Program-made: the position numbers and the translations under genes
Part shown: piece after piece, positions 18,300 through 27,620 of the stretch
Layout of the letters: every line of letters starts with the position of its first letter
Position numbering within the stretch: the first letter of the stretch is position 1
DNA from: an uncultured Alphaproteobacteria bacterium
Lineage (GTDB): Bacteria > Bacteroidota > Ignavibacteria > Palsa-1295
Length of the DNA: 64,000 bases
NCBI GenBank assembly: GCA_964404255.1
Contig: CAYOJJ010000018.1
Span: 356 to 64,355 of the forward strand
Direction of reading: 5' to 3'
Notes under the pieces: generated by a model
What the model saw: the letters and a program-made list of their open reading frames with translations, nothing else
Told to the model about the DNA's origin: nothing
Database searches by the model: none

Positions 18300-19961
18300 A
18301 TGTCTCAAAAGATCGGTACACTTCTCGACCGCTCGAAAGAGCCCTTTTCAAGTCAATTCGCCCATCATACAACCGCCCTGCAGCAATTAGAGCAGTTGGC
18401 GGATCGTGTAAAATTGGGTGGAGGAAAAAAAAATATTGAAAAACAGCATGAGAAAGGAAAACTGACAGCCCGGGAGCGGATTGCGCTGCTTATAGATCCG
18501 GGCTCTTCCTTCGAAGAATTCGGCCTCTTTGCAGCCGAAGGAATGTATGCAGATGAAGGTGGTGCCCCTTCTGCAGGAGTAATAACCGGCGTTGGCCGGG
18601 TTTCGGGAAAACTATGTGTCATTGTTGCAAACGATGCCACAGTAAAGGCCGGAGCATGGTTTCCAATGAGCGGTAAAAAAAATCTGCGGGCACAGGAAAT
18701 TTCTATTGAAAACCGCCTCCCGATCATCTACCTCGTCGATAGCGCCGGTGTGTACCTTCCAATGCAGGATGAGATATTTCCGGATAAAGAACATTTCGGC
18801 AGGATCTTTAGGAATAATGCTATTATGAGCAGCATGGGTATTGTCCAGATCGCTGCTATCATGGGCCCCTGTGTGGCTGGCGGCGCTTACCTGCCAATTA
18901 TGTCGGATGAAGCATTAATTGTTGAAGGTACCGGCCACGTCTTTCTGGCCGGAAGTGCACTCGTTGAAGCGGCCATTGGAGAAAAGATCGATAACGAGGC
19001 ACTGGGTGGTGCAACCGTCCATTCTGAAGTATCGGGAGTGACGGATTATAAGATGCCGAACGATGAGGAGTGCTTAAAAACGATTCGCTCTATTGTTTCA
19101 AAATTCGGAGAAAAACCGAAGGCGGGTTTTGATCGAATTGCCTCTGCCGATCCTCTGTTTCCTGCCGATGATCTCCTCTCGATCTTACCCCCTACCACAA
19201 ATAAACCATATGATACCTATGAATTACTTGCCCGCCTCGTCGATAATTCCGAGATCGATGAATATAAAAAAGGCTATGGCAAGACCATTGTAACAGCCTA
19301 TGCGAGAATCGATGGCTGGGCAGTAGGCATCGTTGCAAATCAACGGAAAATTGTAAAAAATTCTAAAGGTGAGATGCAGGTCGGCGGAGTAATTTATTCC
19401 GATTCTGCCGATAAAGGCGCCCGTTTTATTATGAATTGCAATCAGCAGCGCATCCCTTTAGTATTCTTACAAGATGTAACCGGCTTTATGGTAGGCTCCA
19501 GAAGCGAACACGGGGGTATTATTAAAGATGGGGCAAAAATGGTAAATGCTGTTGCTAATTCTGTCGTCCCGAAATTTACCTTCATGATCGGTAATTCTTA
19601 TGGAGCCGGTAATTATGCCATGTGCGGCAAGGCTTATGACCCCCGCCTCATTTTTAGTTGGCATAATGCTCAACTTGCCGTTATGGGCGGGGCGCAGGCT
19701 TCAAAGACGCTCTTAACCCTTAAGATCGCAACCCTTGCTAAATCGGGACAACAAATCACTCCTGAAAAGGAACAAGAACTCCTCGCAGAGATACAAAAAA
19801 GATATTCCGATCAATCAGGGCCGCTCTATGGTGCTGCCCGCTTATGGACTGATGGTATCATCGATCCAAGAGAAACCAGAAGAATAATTTCCCTTGGAAT
19901 CGAAATGGCCAATCATAACCCTAATATTCCAGCCTTTAATCCCGGTGTTATCCAAACCTAA
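18300..19961 (+). CDS. Acyl-CoA carboxylase carboxyltransferase (beta) subunit, MccB/PccB family
   Basis: LGGGKKNIEKQHEKGKLTARERIALLIDPGS and tandem carboxyltransferase domains (ANDATVKAGAW, FLQDVTGFMVG). Confidence 0.85.
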   Translation: MSQKIGTLLDRSKEPFSSQFAHHTTALQQLEQLADRVKLGGGKKNIEKQHEKGKLTARERIALLIDPGSSFEEFGLFAAEGMYADEGGAPSAGVITGVGRVSGKLCVIVANDATVKAGAWFPMSGKKNLRAQEISIENRLPIIYLVDSAGVYLPMQDEIFPDKEHFGRIFRNNAIMSSMGIVQIAAIMGPCVAGGAYLPIMSDEALIVEGTGHVFLAGSALVEAAIGEKIDNEALGGATVHSEVSGVTDYKMPNDEECLKTIRSIVSKFGEKPKAGFDRIASADPLFPADDLLSILPPTTNKPYDTYELLARLVDNSEIDEYKKGYGKTIVTAYARIDGWAVGIVANQRKIVKNSKGEMQVGGVIYSDSADKGARFIMNCNQQRIPLVFLQDVTGFMVGSRSEHGGIIKDGAKMVNAVANSVVPKFTFMIGNSYGAGNYAMCGKAYDPRLIFSWHNAQLAVMGGAQASKTLLTLKIATLAKSGQQITPEKEQELLAEIQKRYSDQSGPLYGAARLWTDGIIDPRETRRIISLGIEMANHNPNIPAFNPGVIQT

Positions 19962-19976
19962 TTTTAGAGGACACAA

Positions 19977-20009
19977 ATAAAAAAGCCGGGTTAAAACCCG
20001 GCTTTTTTT
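19977..20009. terminator. Bidirectional rho-independent terminator
   Basis: AAAAAA-GCCGGGTT-AA-AACCCGGC-TTTTTTT, between convergent genes. Confidence 0.8.
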
Positions 20010-20026
20010 ACGATCTATTTTCCGTA

Positions 20027-21634
20027 TTATTTAGGATTTGTCCTAATGACCATAAAGTGGGGTGTATATCCGTTCGGATCGTTACCACGTCCCACTGCCA
20101 GAACTTCATATATACCTCCTTTTTCCGGTGTAAAGGTAGTACTAATATCAACCGGTGTATCATTTCCACTAAGTTTAAAGCTCCAGGAGCCAGTCACAGT
20201 CGTGGGTGATCCATCGGCAGGTATATCCCTAATAATGGCAGAATTCTTCAAGGATGATGCCTTGATCGAAGGAATCAACGTACCATTCACATAAAATTTC
20301 TGTCCGGTTACCGAAGTACCTTTATAAGGAGCCGGCGTAGTATTTGCCAGAACAATAATAGCATTATTGGGCTGCGGTTCATCCGGAATCATAATGGTAG
20401 TAACACCGGCTGCCGAATCGTACGGAATCGCCTGAGAAGCATTAAATTTCTTTACCGTATCATAAATAACGACCGACATTAATTGGTCGCTGACAATAAC
20501 CTGGCTATTGGCATAGAATCGGAATAAGATTGAATCGCCAGAGCTTGGGTTCTGACCGATCGGCCGTACTGTCTTAAAATAGGTAAGACTGTTTAGTGGC
20601 AAAGATTTTGGATAAGCATTCCAAATACCCGTGCCTCCATCTTGATATCCCGGGGCAGCCTGGAAGGCTTTAAGGCCCTGGAAATCATATACCGTATTAT
20701 TATTGATAACAATAGCCATACCTGGGCTATTGGGATCCATATAATTTACAAGCAGCGGTGTAGGAAATGCCGGCGGTACCAAGGCATTAACAACATTAAA
20801 GCGCAAGGTTTGCTGTACCGGTAAAAGATCCGTTCCGGAAGTATTGTCATCATAAAGATGAACGCGGAGCGTATCGTCAAGGACATGATCACCATTGATA
20901 TCGGTTTTACGGCAATCGGAATCTAACTGTCCACCCCAGGTGATAGTATGGTACTCACCGGGTCCGAGAGAAACACCAGCCAAACGGCCCATAACAGCTC
21001 CGTCGCTGGTACGTACTACAAAGAATGTAACCGTAGTATCCGTTTTTGTTTTTAAGCCGATATAGTTACCGATATTCATTCCTGCAATGGCCCCACCAAG
21101 AGCATCGCCAGAAATCGGATCGTTAATTTTAACGATCATTTCATCGGCATTCGTATTCATAAATCTGAAATAGGAGTAACTATTATCTGTAGCGGTTGCA
21201 GGATTGTCTCTAACCAGCAATTTTGGGTTTGGTCCGCCATCATGCTTATCGTTATTGAAGATGACCCAGGTATATTTATCACCCGGGAATAAGGTCACAT
21301 TATCTTCGGCAATAACAGTTTTGGGGCCGGCTAAACGAGCGACCAGATGATATTTCTGGCCGGCGCCGCGAGCAGTAGGAAGATTATTGACATACGGAGT
21401 TGCAACGCCGTAGGTCATGGCAGTCGGTGTTAAATGTACCGTATCGGTTGTACCATCGGTAATGAGATCGATCTGGATAGGATCGCACTGGACGAATTCC
21501 ATAATTCTGATCAATCCGAAATCGACATATGAAGGATCTGGCGCAGTATCCTTACAGGAAGAAAGCAGCGAAGCAAACCCTGCAAGTAAAAGCACTGCAA
21601 TAAGATATGACTTTTTAATACCCGTATTCTTCAT
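20027..21634 (-). CDS. Hypothetical lipoprotein with repeated beta-sandwich-like units (possibly DUF4397-like)
   Basis: Lipobox LLSSC at the N-terminus. Repeated units start with hydrophobic strands (IRIMEFV, FRFMNTN, LRFNVVN, LFRFYAN). The family assignment is tentative. Confidence 0.65.
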   Translation of the reverse strand: MKNTGIKKSYLIAVLLLAGFASLLSSCKDTAPDPSYVDFGLIRIMEFVQCDPIQIDLITDGTTDTVHLTPTAMTYGVATPYVNNLPTARGAGQKYHLVARLAGPKTVIAEDNVTLFPGDKYTWVIFNNDKHDGGPNPKLLVRDNPATATDNSYSYFRFMNTNADEMIVKINDPISGDALGGAIAGMNIGNYIGLKTKTDTTVTFFVVRTSDGAVMGRLAGVSLGPGEYHTITWGGQLDSDCRKTDINGDHVLDDTLRVHLYDDNTSGTDLLPVQQTLRFNVVNALVPPAFPTPLLVNYMDPNSPGMAIVINNNTVYDFQGLKAFQAAPGYQDGGTGIWNAYPKSLPLNSLTYFKTVRPIGQNPSSGDSILFRFYANSQVIVSDQLMSVVIYDTVKKFNASQAIPYDSAAGVTTIMIPDEPQPNNAIIVLANTTPAPYKGTSVTGQKFYVNGTLIPSIKASSLKNSAIIRDIPADGSPTTVTGSWSFKLSGNDTPVDISTTFTPEKGGIYEVLAVGRGNDPNGYTPHFMVIRTNPK

Positions 21635-21773
21635 TGTAAATAGAAAAAAGGATCGCGGTCAACACTGACACAACAAAACCTTAGTAATTCTGATAACACA
21701 CAACTCCACAAAAAGTAGCAGTGTAGAGGTTGCAAAGATACGGCTTTTTAGACCGTATCTTCTTCAAAAACCC

Positions 21774-23480
21774 TTAGAGAGAATCGTACGAAAAATTCTC
21801 TAAATAATATTTTACCCGCTCGGTAAATTGAACTCCGTACATACCATCGACAAGCCTATGGTCATAAGATAGCCCGAGATACATCATCGAGCGAATGGCA
21901 ATGTAATCTTCTCCATCGGCACCGGTTTTGACAACCGGTTTCTTGACGACAGCTCCGGTTGTCATAATAGCAACCTGAGGCTGGTTTATGATTGGCGTCC
22001 CGAAAAGATTGCCATACATTCCGGGATTGGTGAGGGTGAAGGTGCCGCCGGAAATATCATCCGGGGTAAGTTTTTTGCTACGGGCTTTTGCAGCCAGATC
22101 GGCAACTGCTTTTGCAATGCCGGTATAATTTAAGTTTTGAGCCTGCTTAATTACAGGTACAATAAGAGCCGGTGGAAGCGGTGAGCCTTCGACTTGTGGC
22201 AGGCTGACGGCGACTCCAAAATTAATATCCTTCTTTACAATGATATTCGTCCCATCGATCTGAGAATTGATGATCGGGAAATCTTTGATCGCCCGAACCA
22301 TTGCCTCGATAAAGATCGGCGTATATGTAAGATTAAGGCCCTCACGACGTTTGTATTCCTCTTTGAATTTCTCGCGGAATTTTACGATAGCCGTAACATC
22401 GACTTCGCTAACGCTCGTAACATGGGCGCTGGTATGCTTCGAACGAACCATGTGCTCGGCGATCTTCTGACGGATATTATCCATCGGGATCGTCATATCA
22501 CCCGCAAATACAACGGCCGGTGCAGAAGGAGCGGGTGCGCTGCTCTGTTTCATAGAAACAGCAGGAGCACTCGAAACAACCGGTTGTACCTTGCCCTGCT
22601 TACGATTAGAAATATAACCAAGAATATCGTTCTTATTTACCCGTCCTCCCAAACCCGAACCGGTAATAGATTCTAATTCCTCGAACGTTACATTCTCCTG
22701 CTTAGCGATCGAACGTACCAATGGAGAATAAAAGCGATTGGTTGCGGTTCTCGCAGGAGCAGAAGCAGTTGCCGATACTGTAACGACCGGCTGAGAAGCA
22801 GGCTGCACCGGCGCTTGAGATTGACTTGAAGGAGCTGCGGCTGGTGCAGGAGCCGGCGCACTCGAAACAACGGCACTCTGGCCGGCAATATAGGCTATTG
22901 TTGCACCGACAGCAATAACCTGCTTTTCTTCTGCTAAGATCTTGGTAAGAGTACCCGCGATCGGGGCCGGTACTTCGGTATCGACCTTATCCGTAGAAAT
23001 CTCTAAAATAGGTTCGTCTTTCTTAACGGTATCGCCCGGCTTCTTTAACCAACGGAGGATAGTCCCCTCGGTAATGCTCTCGCCCATTTTAGGCATTACG
23101 ACAGCCTGTTCAGAGGAAGACACGGCTGGCTGAGTAGTGGGTGCCGCTGGCGCAGGAGCAGATACCGGAGCAGAAGGAGCCGGTGCTTTTGCCGCAGCGG
23201 GAGCTTCCACTGGCGCTGAAACGGGGGCCTCCGCCTTTTCACCGGCTTCACCTATCACGGCGATCGGTGCACCGACGGCGACAGTCTGTTTTTCCTGTAC
23301 TAATTGCTGCAGCAGCACACCTGCTGAAGGAGCCGGCACTTCGGTATCGACCTTATCGGTCGATATCTCGAGAATAGGCTCATCTTTTTTAATAGCATCT
23401 CCAGGATTTTTCAGCCACCGAAGAATAGTACCTTCGGTAATACTCTCGCCCATTTTGGGCATTACCACATTTGTCGCCAT
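21774..23480 (-). CDS. 2-oxo acid dehydrogenase E2 component (dihydrolipoamide acyltransferase) with two lipoyl domains
   Basis: Two lipoyl domains (EISTDKV twice), Ala/Pro linkers, an E3-binding domain (SPLVRSIAKQENV..GSGLGGRVNKNDI), and catalytic LSYDHRLVDG. The start at ATG 23480 (MATNVVMPKMG) was chosen over 23564. Confidence 0.85.
   Translation of the reverse strand: MATNVVMPKMGESITEGTILRWLKNPGDAIKKDEPILEISTDKVDTEVPAPSAGVLLQQLVQEKQTVAVGAPIAVIGEAGEKAEAPVSAPVEAPAAAKAPAPSAPVSAPAPAAPTTQPAVSSSEQAVVMPKMGESITEGTILRWLKKPGDTVKKDEPILEISTDKVDTEVPAPIAGTLTKILAEEKQVIAVGATIAYIAGQSAVVSSAPAPAPAAAPSSQSQAPVQPASQPVVTVSATASAPARTATNRFYSPLVRSIAKQENVTFEELESITGSGLGGRVNKNDILGYISNRKQGKVQPVVSSAPAVSMKQSSAPAPSAPAVVFAGDMTIPMDNIRQKIAEHMVRSKHTSAHVTSVSEVDVTAIVKFREKFKEEYKRREGLNLTYTPIFIEAMVRAIKDFPIINSQIDGTNIIVKKDINFGVAVSLPQVEGSPLPPALIVPVIKQAQNLNYTGIAKAVADLAAKARSKKLTPDDISGGTFTLTNPGMYGNLFGTPIINQPQVAIMTTGAVVKKPVVKTGADGEDYIAIRSMMYLGLSYDHRLVDGMYGVQFTERVKYYLENFSYDSL
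22881..23468 (-). repeat. Intragenic tandem duplication encoding two ~74-aa lipoyl domains separated by an Ala/Pro linker
   Basis: VVMPKMGESITEGTILRWLK(N/K)PGD..KKDEPILEISTDKVDTEVPAP occurs twice (23247-23468 and 22881-23102). The similarity is also visible at the DNA level. Confidence 0.8.
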
Positions 23481-23681
23481 GTATCCAAATCGTACAAATT
23501 TTAGTACGGCAATAACAGTATTAGCAGAAACTTCGCTCCCAAGGTTATCCACACAACCGGACATCCATAATTGGAATTCTTACGTAACAAAACAATAATA
23601 TTATGGCAACGAAACAGACGAACTTATCAGCCTTACTTCCGTTTCTCATAGGTATCTTATTTAATCATAAAGGAGGCTGCA

Positions 23682-23975
23682 ATGATCGATGAGATCACTG
23701 TAATAAGTCATACCAGACTGCCTGAGCTCTTCAGGTATGAGATCGCCGACAGCCAGCACCGCAAGCATACAGTCGAAATACACCAGGATGTCCTATCTGT
23801 TACTCCGACATCCTATGCCCGTGGTACTGACATCGAACACCTCGAAACGATCGCTTGTGGAACGGTATTAATGGACCTCGATCCGGAATCCCGCTTTCAT
23901 AAAGTAGATCGCTCCATGGTCAACCGTGCTTATGAAGCGGCATCTCGTGCTCAGATCCTTGGCAGGCTCGGATAA
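23682..23975 (+). CDS. Hypothetical small protein
   Basis: 97-aa ORF with a strong SD (AAAGGAGG, 6 nt before the ATG) and its own terminator. No recognisable motif. Confidence 0.5.
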   Translation: MIDEITVISHTRLPELFRYEIADSQHRKHTVEIHQDVLSVTPTSYARGTDIEHLETIACGTVLMDLDPESRFHKVDRSMVNRAYEAASRAQILGRLG

Positions 23976-24004
23976 TAACATCCGAATCATCCAAGAATAT
24001 GAGA

Positions 24005-24032
24005 AAAAGCCCGCCAGTTTGGCGGGCTTTTT
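24005..24032. terminator. Bidirectional rho-independent terminator
   Basis: AAAAA-GCCCGCC-AGTTT-GGCGGGC-TTTTT, between convergent genes. Confidence 0.8.
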
Positions 24033-24048
24033 ATTTATCCCATTCCTT

Positions 24049-24717
24049 TTATTCTATTCGGTCTTTTGCCAACGCAACGATCCTCGCGACCTGTTCTTCG
24101 AAACTCAACGTACCCGTGTCTATTATGATCGCATCGTCAGCCTGGCGTAATGGACTGATCACTCGGTTCATATCGCGTTCGTCCCGCTCTTTGAGTTCTT
24201 GTTCTAACTGCGAAAGGCTCATATTCCTGTCCTCTTGCGAACGCTCATTATACCGGCGTTTCGCCCGAATTTCAGGATCGGCAACAAGAAAGATCTTCAG
24301 TTCGGCATCCGGGAAAACAACGGTGCCGATATCGCGGCCATCGAGTACAATAGCACCGTTTCTGCCGATCTCCTGCTGGATTGATACCAGTTTTTGGCGT
24401 ACATCGGTTCTCGTAGAAAGCGAACTGGCAAGCGTTGCAATATCGGCGGCTAAGATCTCTTGCATAATATTCTTGCCATCGAGCAAAACTTCCGCGTGCT
24501 CATCGATATCTATATACACCCTTTCGAGCAGTTCGGCAACGTTCTCATCTTCCGGATCCGAAACTCCCCACTGCTTACAGTACAACGCAAAAGCTCTGTA
24601 CATAGCACCGGTATTAAGGTGCCGATAGCCAAGTTGTGCTGCTACTGCTTTAGCCGTAGAACTTTTTCCGGACGCTGTTGGCCCGTCAATTGCGATAATA
24701 ATGCCGTGTTGACGCAC
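24049..24717 (-). CDS. cmk: Cytidylate kinase
   Basis: IIAIDGPTASGKSSTAK..LNTGAMYRA, typical of Cmk. Confidence 0.9.
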   Translation of the reverse strand: MRQHGIIIAIDGPTASGKSSTAKAVAAQLGYRHLNTGAMYRAFALYCKQWGVSDPEDENVAELLERVYIDIDEHAEVLLDGKNIMQEILAADIATLASSLSTRTDVRQKLVSIQQEIGRNGAIVLDGRDIGTVVFPDAELKIFLVADPEIRAKRRYNERSQEDRNMSLSQLEQELKERDERDMNRVISPLRQADDAIIIDTGTLSFEEQVARIVALAKDRIE

Positions 24718-25353
24718 TTAGTTACTTCTGAATTCAGTACTGACAATCGTAAGTTCTTTAGGGTAGGTCATACTACCGATAGGAGTAGAAATTTTCGGTT
24801 GAGCTTTGAGAGCCAGCTTTGCTACTCCACCCTGCCCGCTTATTGCAAGGGCAAGGTTGATAATATCGTTATAGCCCTTATCTCCAAAAAATTGTTTTAG
24901 ATCGATAGATGCCTGCAACGGAATAATAGTGGTCTGGCCGCCGTCAGGCAATGGGACGGCATTTGCAATACCTCCGGAGATCGTCTCGCGGCCATCAATA
25001 AGGAGGTGGTATGGGAATTCTGATAGAGAGAATGAAGATAGGCCCGATTTGGGATCGTGTTTATTAGGATTACGGGCCGCGACGTTCAGCGTAAAGGTCA
25101 ACGGCATTTTGCCGGAGTTGAACGAGTTCAGCAGATTCATTCCATCGACGATGCTAAAATCTTTGATCGTTTTTTTCGAGGAAAGATTTATGCCCATCAA
25201 ACTCACATTGACGGCATCCTGTAATTTGAATTCTGCTTTAGTAAGTCCGGCCAAGGCATTGAGCGTTGCGCAGGAATTGAGATTAATAAGCAACCCGATG
25301 GCAACGGCAAATACCAGCGTTATAGAGATAAAAGGAATAAGTGTTTTCTTCAT
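24718..25353 (-). CDS. Hypothetical lipoprotein (LEA_2 / NDR1-HIN1-like fold suspected)
   Basis: Signal plus lipobox (LINLNSC). The stop codon abuts the cmk start codon, indicating an operon. The domain call is tentative. Confidence 0.6.
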   Translation of the reverse strand: MKKTLIPFISITLVFAVAIGLLINLNSCATLNALAGLTKAEFKLQDAVNVSLMGINLSSKKTIKDFSIVDGMNLLNSFNSGKMPLTFTLNVAARNPNKHDPKSGLSSFSLSEFPYHLLIDGRETISGGIANAVPLPDGGQTTIIPLQASIDLKQFFGDKGYNDIINLALAISGQGGVAKLALKAQPKISTPIGSMTYPKELTIVSTEFRSN

Positions 25354-25591
25354 ACAGTGCAATAACGATTCCATAGAAGAGATGTTCCCCCAATGAACGT
25401 ATTTTCATAGACTTCCAAAAACTTACTTTATGCTTTACACCAACTCAATACCACGATAATCAGGTAACGATAAGACAACGTATATTTAACAGACTGGTAA
25501 TACAGCGAAGCATTGATTATATGGCGTCCAATGTTTTGAGTCCCGATTGGCGAACGCCATTCGATTTATCTATGAACTATCCTACAAATCC

Positions 25592-26644
25592 ATGACAACC
25601 AGAATACTTACTGCACTAGTACTTACAGCCGCCCTTACGGTAGGTTGTGGTAAGAAATCCGATACGACTCCCGGATCAGATTCGACTAAGGTGGGTGCAT
25701 CGCTAACGGGAGCAGGTTCGACTTTTATCGAACCGATCATGACCCACTGGATTGCCGAATACGGAAAGGCATCGAATGTTAAAGTAAACTATCAGGGTGT
25801 TGGCTCGGGTGCAGGTATCAATAACCTTATCGATAAGACAGTCGATTTTGCCGGCAGCGATGCTCCGATGAATGCGAATGAGCTCGAGCGGGCCAAAGAT
25901 CCGGTCATCCATATTCCGGCCGTAATTGGAGCCGTATGTGTCTGCTATAACGTCAGTGGTGTAGAAGGCGCCCTGAATTTTGACGGTGAAGTATTGGCAA
26001 ATATTTTCCTCGGCAAGATCACCTATTGGGATGCCCCGGAGATCAAAGCCTTGAATAAAACGGCAAAACTTCCCCATGAAAAGATCTTTACGGTACACCG
26101 CTCCGATGGATCGGGTACGACAGCGATCTTTACCAATTATCTCACAAAAGTCAGCGCTGATTGGAAAACCAAGATCGGTGAAGGTAAGACCGTCAATTGG
26201 CCAGAAAATGGACTTGGCGGCAAAGGTAATGCCGGCGTAGCAGGTATTCTCAAAGAGCATGCAAATTCGATCGGCTATGTTGAGTTAGCGTATGCTGAAC
26301 AGAATAAGATCCCGTATGCTTCTATGAAGAATTCTTCCGGTAATTTTATTGCTCCTTCGGTTGAATCGGCCAGCTTAGCCGCCGATGGCGTTCAGCTTCC
26401 CCCGGATATGATCGCCTGGATCACTAATACGAGCAACCCACAGGGATACCCGATCACCGGATTTAGCTGGTGCATTATTTATAAGAATGCTGCAAAAGCT
26501 GCCGACATTAAGAAATTCATGCATTGGTTAACGACCGACGGTCAGAACGATTGTAAGGCTCTCTATTATGCGCCGATTCCCGAAGCGATTCGTAAAATGG
26601 AAGCGGCGGCATTAGAAGGCGGCGCGAGCACTGCTCAGCAATAA
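25592..26644 (+). CDS. pstS: Phosphate ABC transporter substrate-binding protein
   Basis: Lipoprotein signal (LTVGCGKK), GAGSTFIEP..YQGVGSGAGI, HRSDGSGTT. The start at ATG 25592 was chosen over TTG 25547. Confidence 0.85.
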   Translation: MTTRILTALVLTAALTVGCGKKSDTTPGSDSTKVGASLTGAGSTFIEPIMTHWIAEYGKASNVKVNYQGVGSGAGINNLIDKTVDFAGSDAPMNANELERAKDPVIHIPAVIGAVCVCYNVSGVEGALNFDGEVLANIFLGKITYWDAPEIKALNKTAKLPHEKIFTVHRSDGSGTTAIFTNYLTKVSADWKTKIGEGKTVNWPENGLGGKGNAGVAGILKEHANSIGYVELAYAEQNKIPYASMKNSSGNFIAPSVESASLAADGVQLPPDMIAWITNTSNPQGYPITGFSWCIIYKNAAKAADIKKFMHWLTTDGQNDCKALYYAPIPEAIRKMEAAALEGGASTAQQ

Positions 26645-26680
26645 GTTCTCTATCTACGCAGCTTCATAAACACTCTATCT

Positions 26681-26722
26681 ATCTCCCGGGAAATCGTATA
26701 GATATTCCGGGAGATTTTTTTA
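26681..26722 (+). terminator. Rho-independent terminator after pstS
   Basis: ATCTCCCGG-(17 nt loop)-CCGGGAGAT followed by TTTTTTT. Confidence 0.65.
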
Positions 26723-26726
26723 TCTA

Positions 26727-27620
26727 TTACTGAGCCATCCTGTTGCGGAGAATATACCGGGTAGTAATACTGAGCAGCAGGATAAAACTTATCAGGATCA
26801 AAGCTCCGGCAAAAGCAAGATGATGAAGCGATTCCCAGGGAGAAGTGGCATACTTATAAATATTGAGAGGTAAGGCATCGATCGGCTCATCGAGCGCCAT
26901 GCTAAAGGTCATATTTCCAAAAGCAGTAAAAAGCAGCGGAGCAGTCTCACCGGCGATACGTGCAATAGCAAGCATGATACCGGTAATGATCCCTTCCCTG
27001 GCTGCCGGAAGGATTACACTGAACATGGTACGTGCCTGTGAAGCTCCTAAAGCGAGCGAGGCTTCCCGTAAACCGTTCGGTACCAGTTTCAAAATTTCTT
27101 CGGTTGTCCGGATGATCGTCGGCACCATAATAATACCGAGTGCCACACTTCCTGCTAAGAGGCTAAACGCATGCCCCGGATGGATCTGAGCGGTTGGCAA
27201 TACAATGACCACATACGCAAATAGACCGAGTACGATACTTGGAATACTATTGAGCACATCGGTCAGCAGGCGAATGAATGAAGAGAGTTTCGATTTCGAT
27301 TCGGCCTGGTATATTCCTCCACAAATTCCGAGTGGAATTCCGAAGATAGCTCCTAAGCCAAGCAGTTCTACTGTTCCGACGATGCCATTAAGCAACCCTC
27401 CACCTGGTTCGCCCTGAGGTGCCGGCCCTTTGGTGAACACGTCGAGATTTAGCGAAGAAGCTCCTTCATAACATACATATCCTATGACCAGCACCATGGC
27501 TGCTACACTGATCAAAGTACAAACAATGCAGATCGTCACCATTACCCGGTTAGAGATCTGTGTTCTGCCGGTATGCGTCAGTATCGATGGGAATGAGGAT
27601 TTGCTGATGAGCGTACTCAT
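26727..27620 (-). CDS. pstA: Phosphate ABC transporter permease PstA
   Basis: LREASLALGASQARTMFSVILPAAREGIITG..ARIAGETAPLLFTA. Confidence 0.9.
   Translation of the reverse strand: MSTLISKSSFPSILTHTGRTQISNRVMVTICIVCTLISVAAMVLVIGYVCYEGASSLNLDVFTKGPAPQGEPGGGLLNGIVGTVELLGLGAIFGIPLGICGGIYQAESKSKLSSFIRLLTDVLNSIPSIVLGLFAYVVIVLPTAQIHPGHAFSLLAGSVALGIIMVPTIIRTTEEILKLVPNGLREASLALGASQARTMFSVILPAAREGIITGIMLAIARIAGETAPLLFTAFGNMTFSMALDEPIDALPLNIYKYATSPWESLHHLAFAGALILISFILLLSITTRYILRNRMAQ

Noticed and set aside
21735-21761. The hairpin AAGATACGG-(9 nt)-CCGTATCTT lies downstream of the E2 gene and could be a terminator.
   Set aside because: No U-tract follows it on the relevant (minus) strand, so I did not list it as a terminator. 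It may still be a weak or protein-dependent stop.
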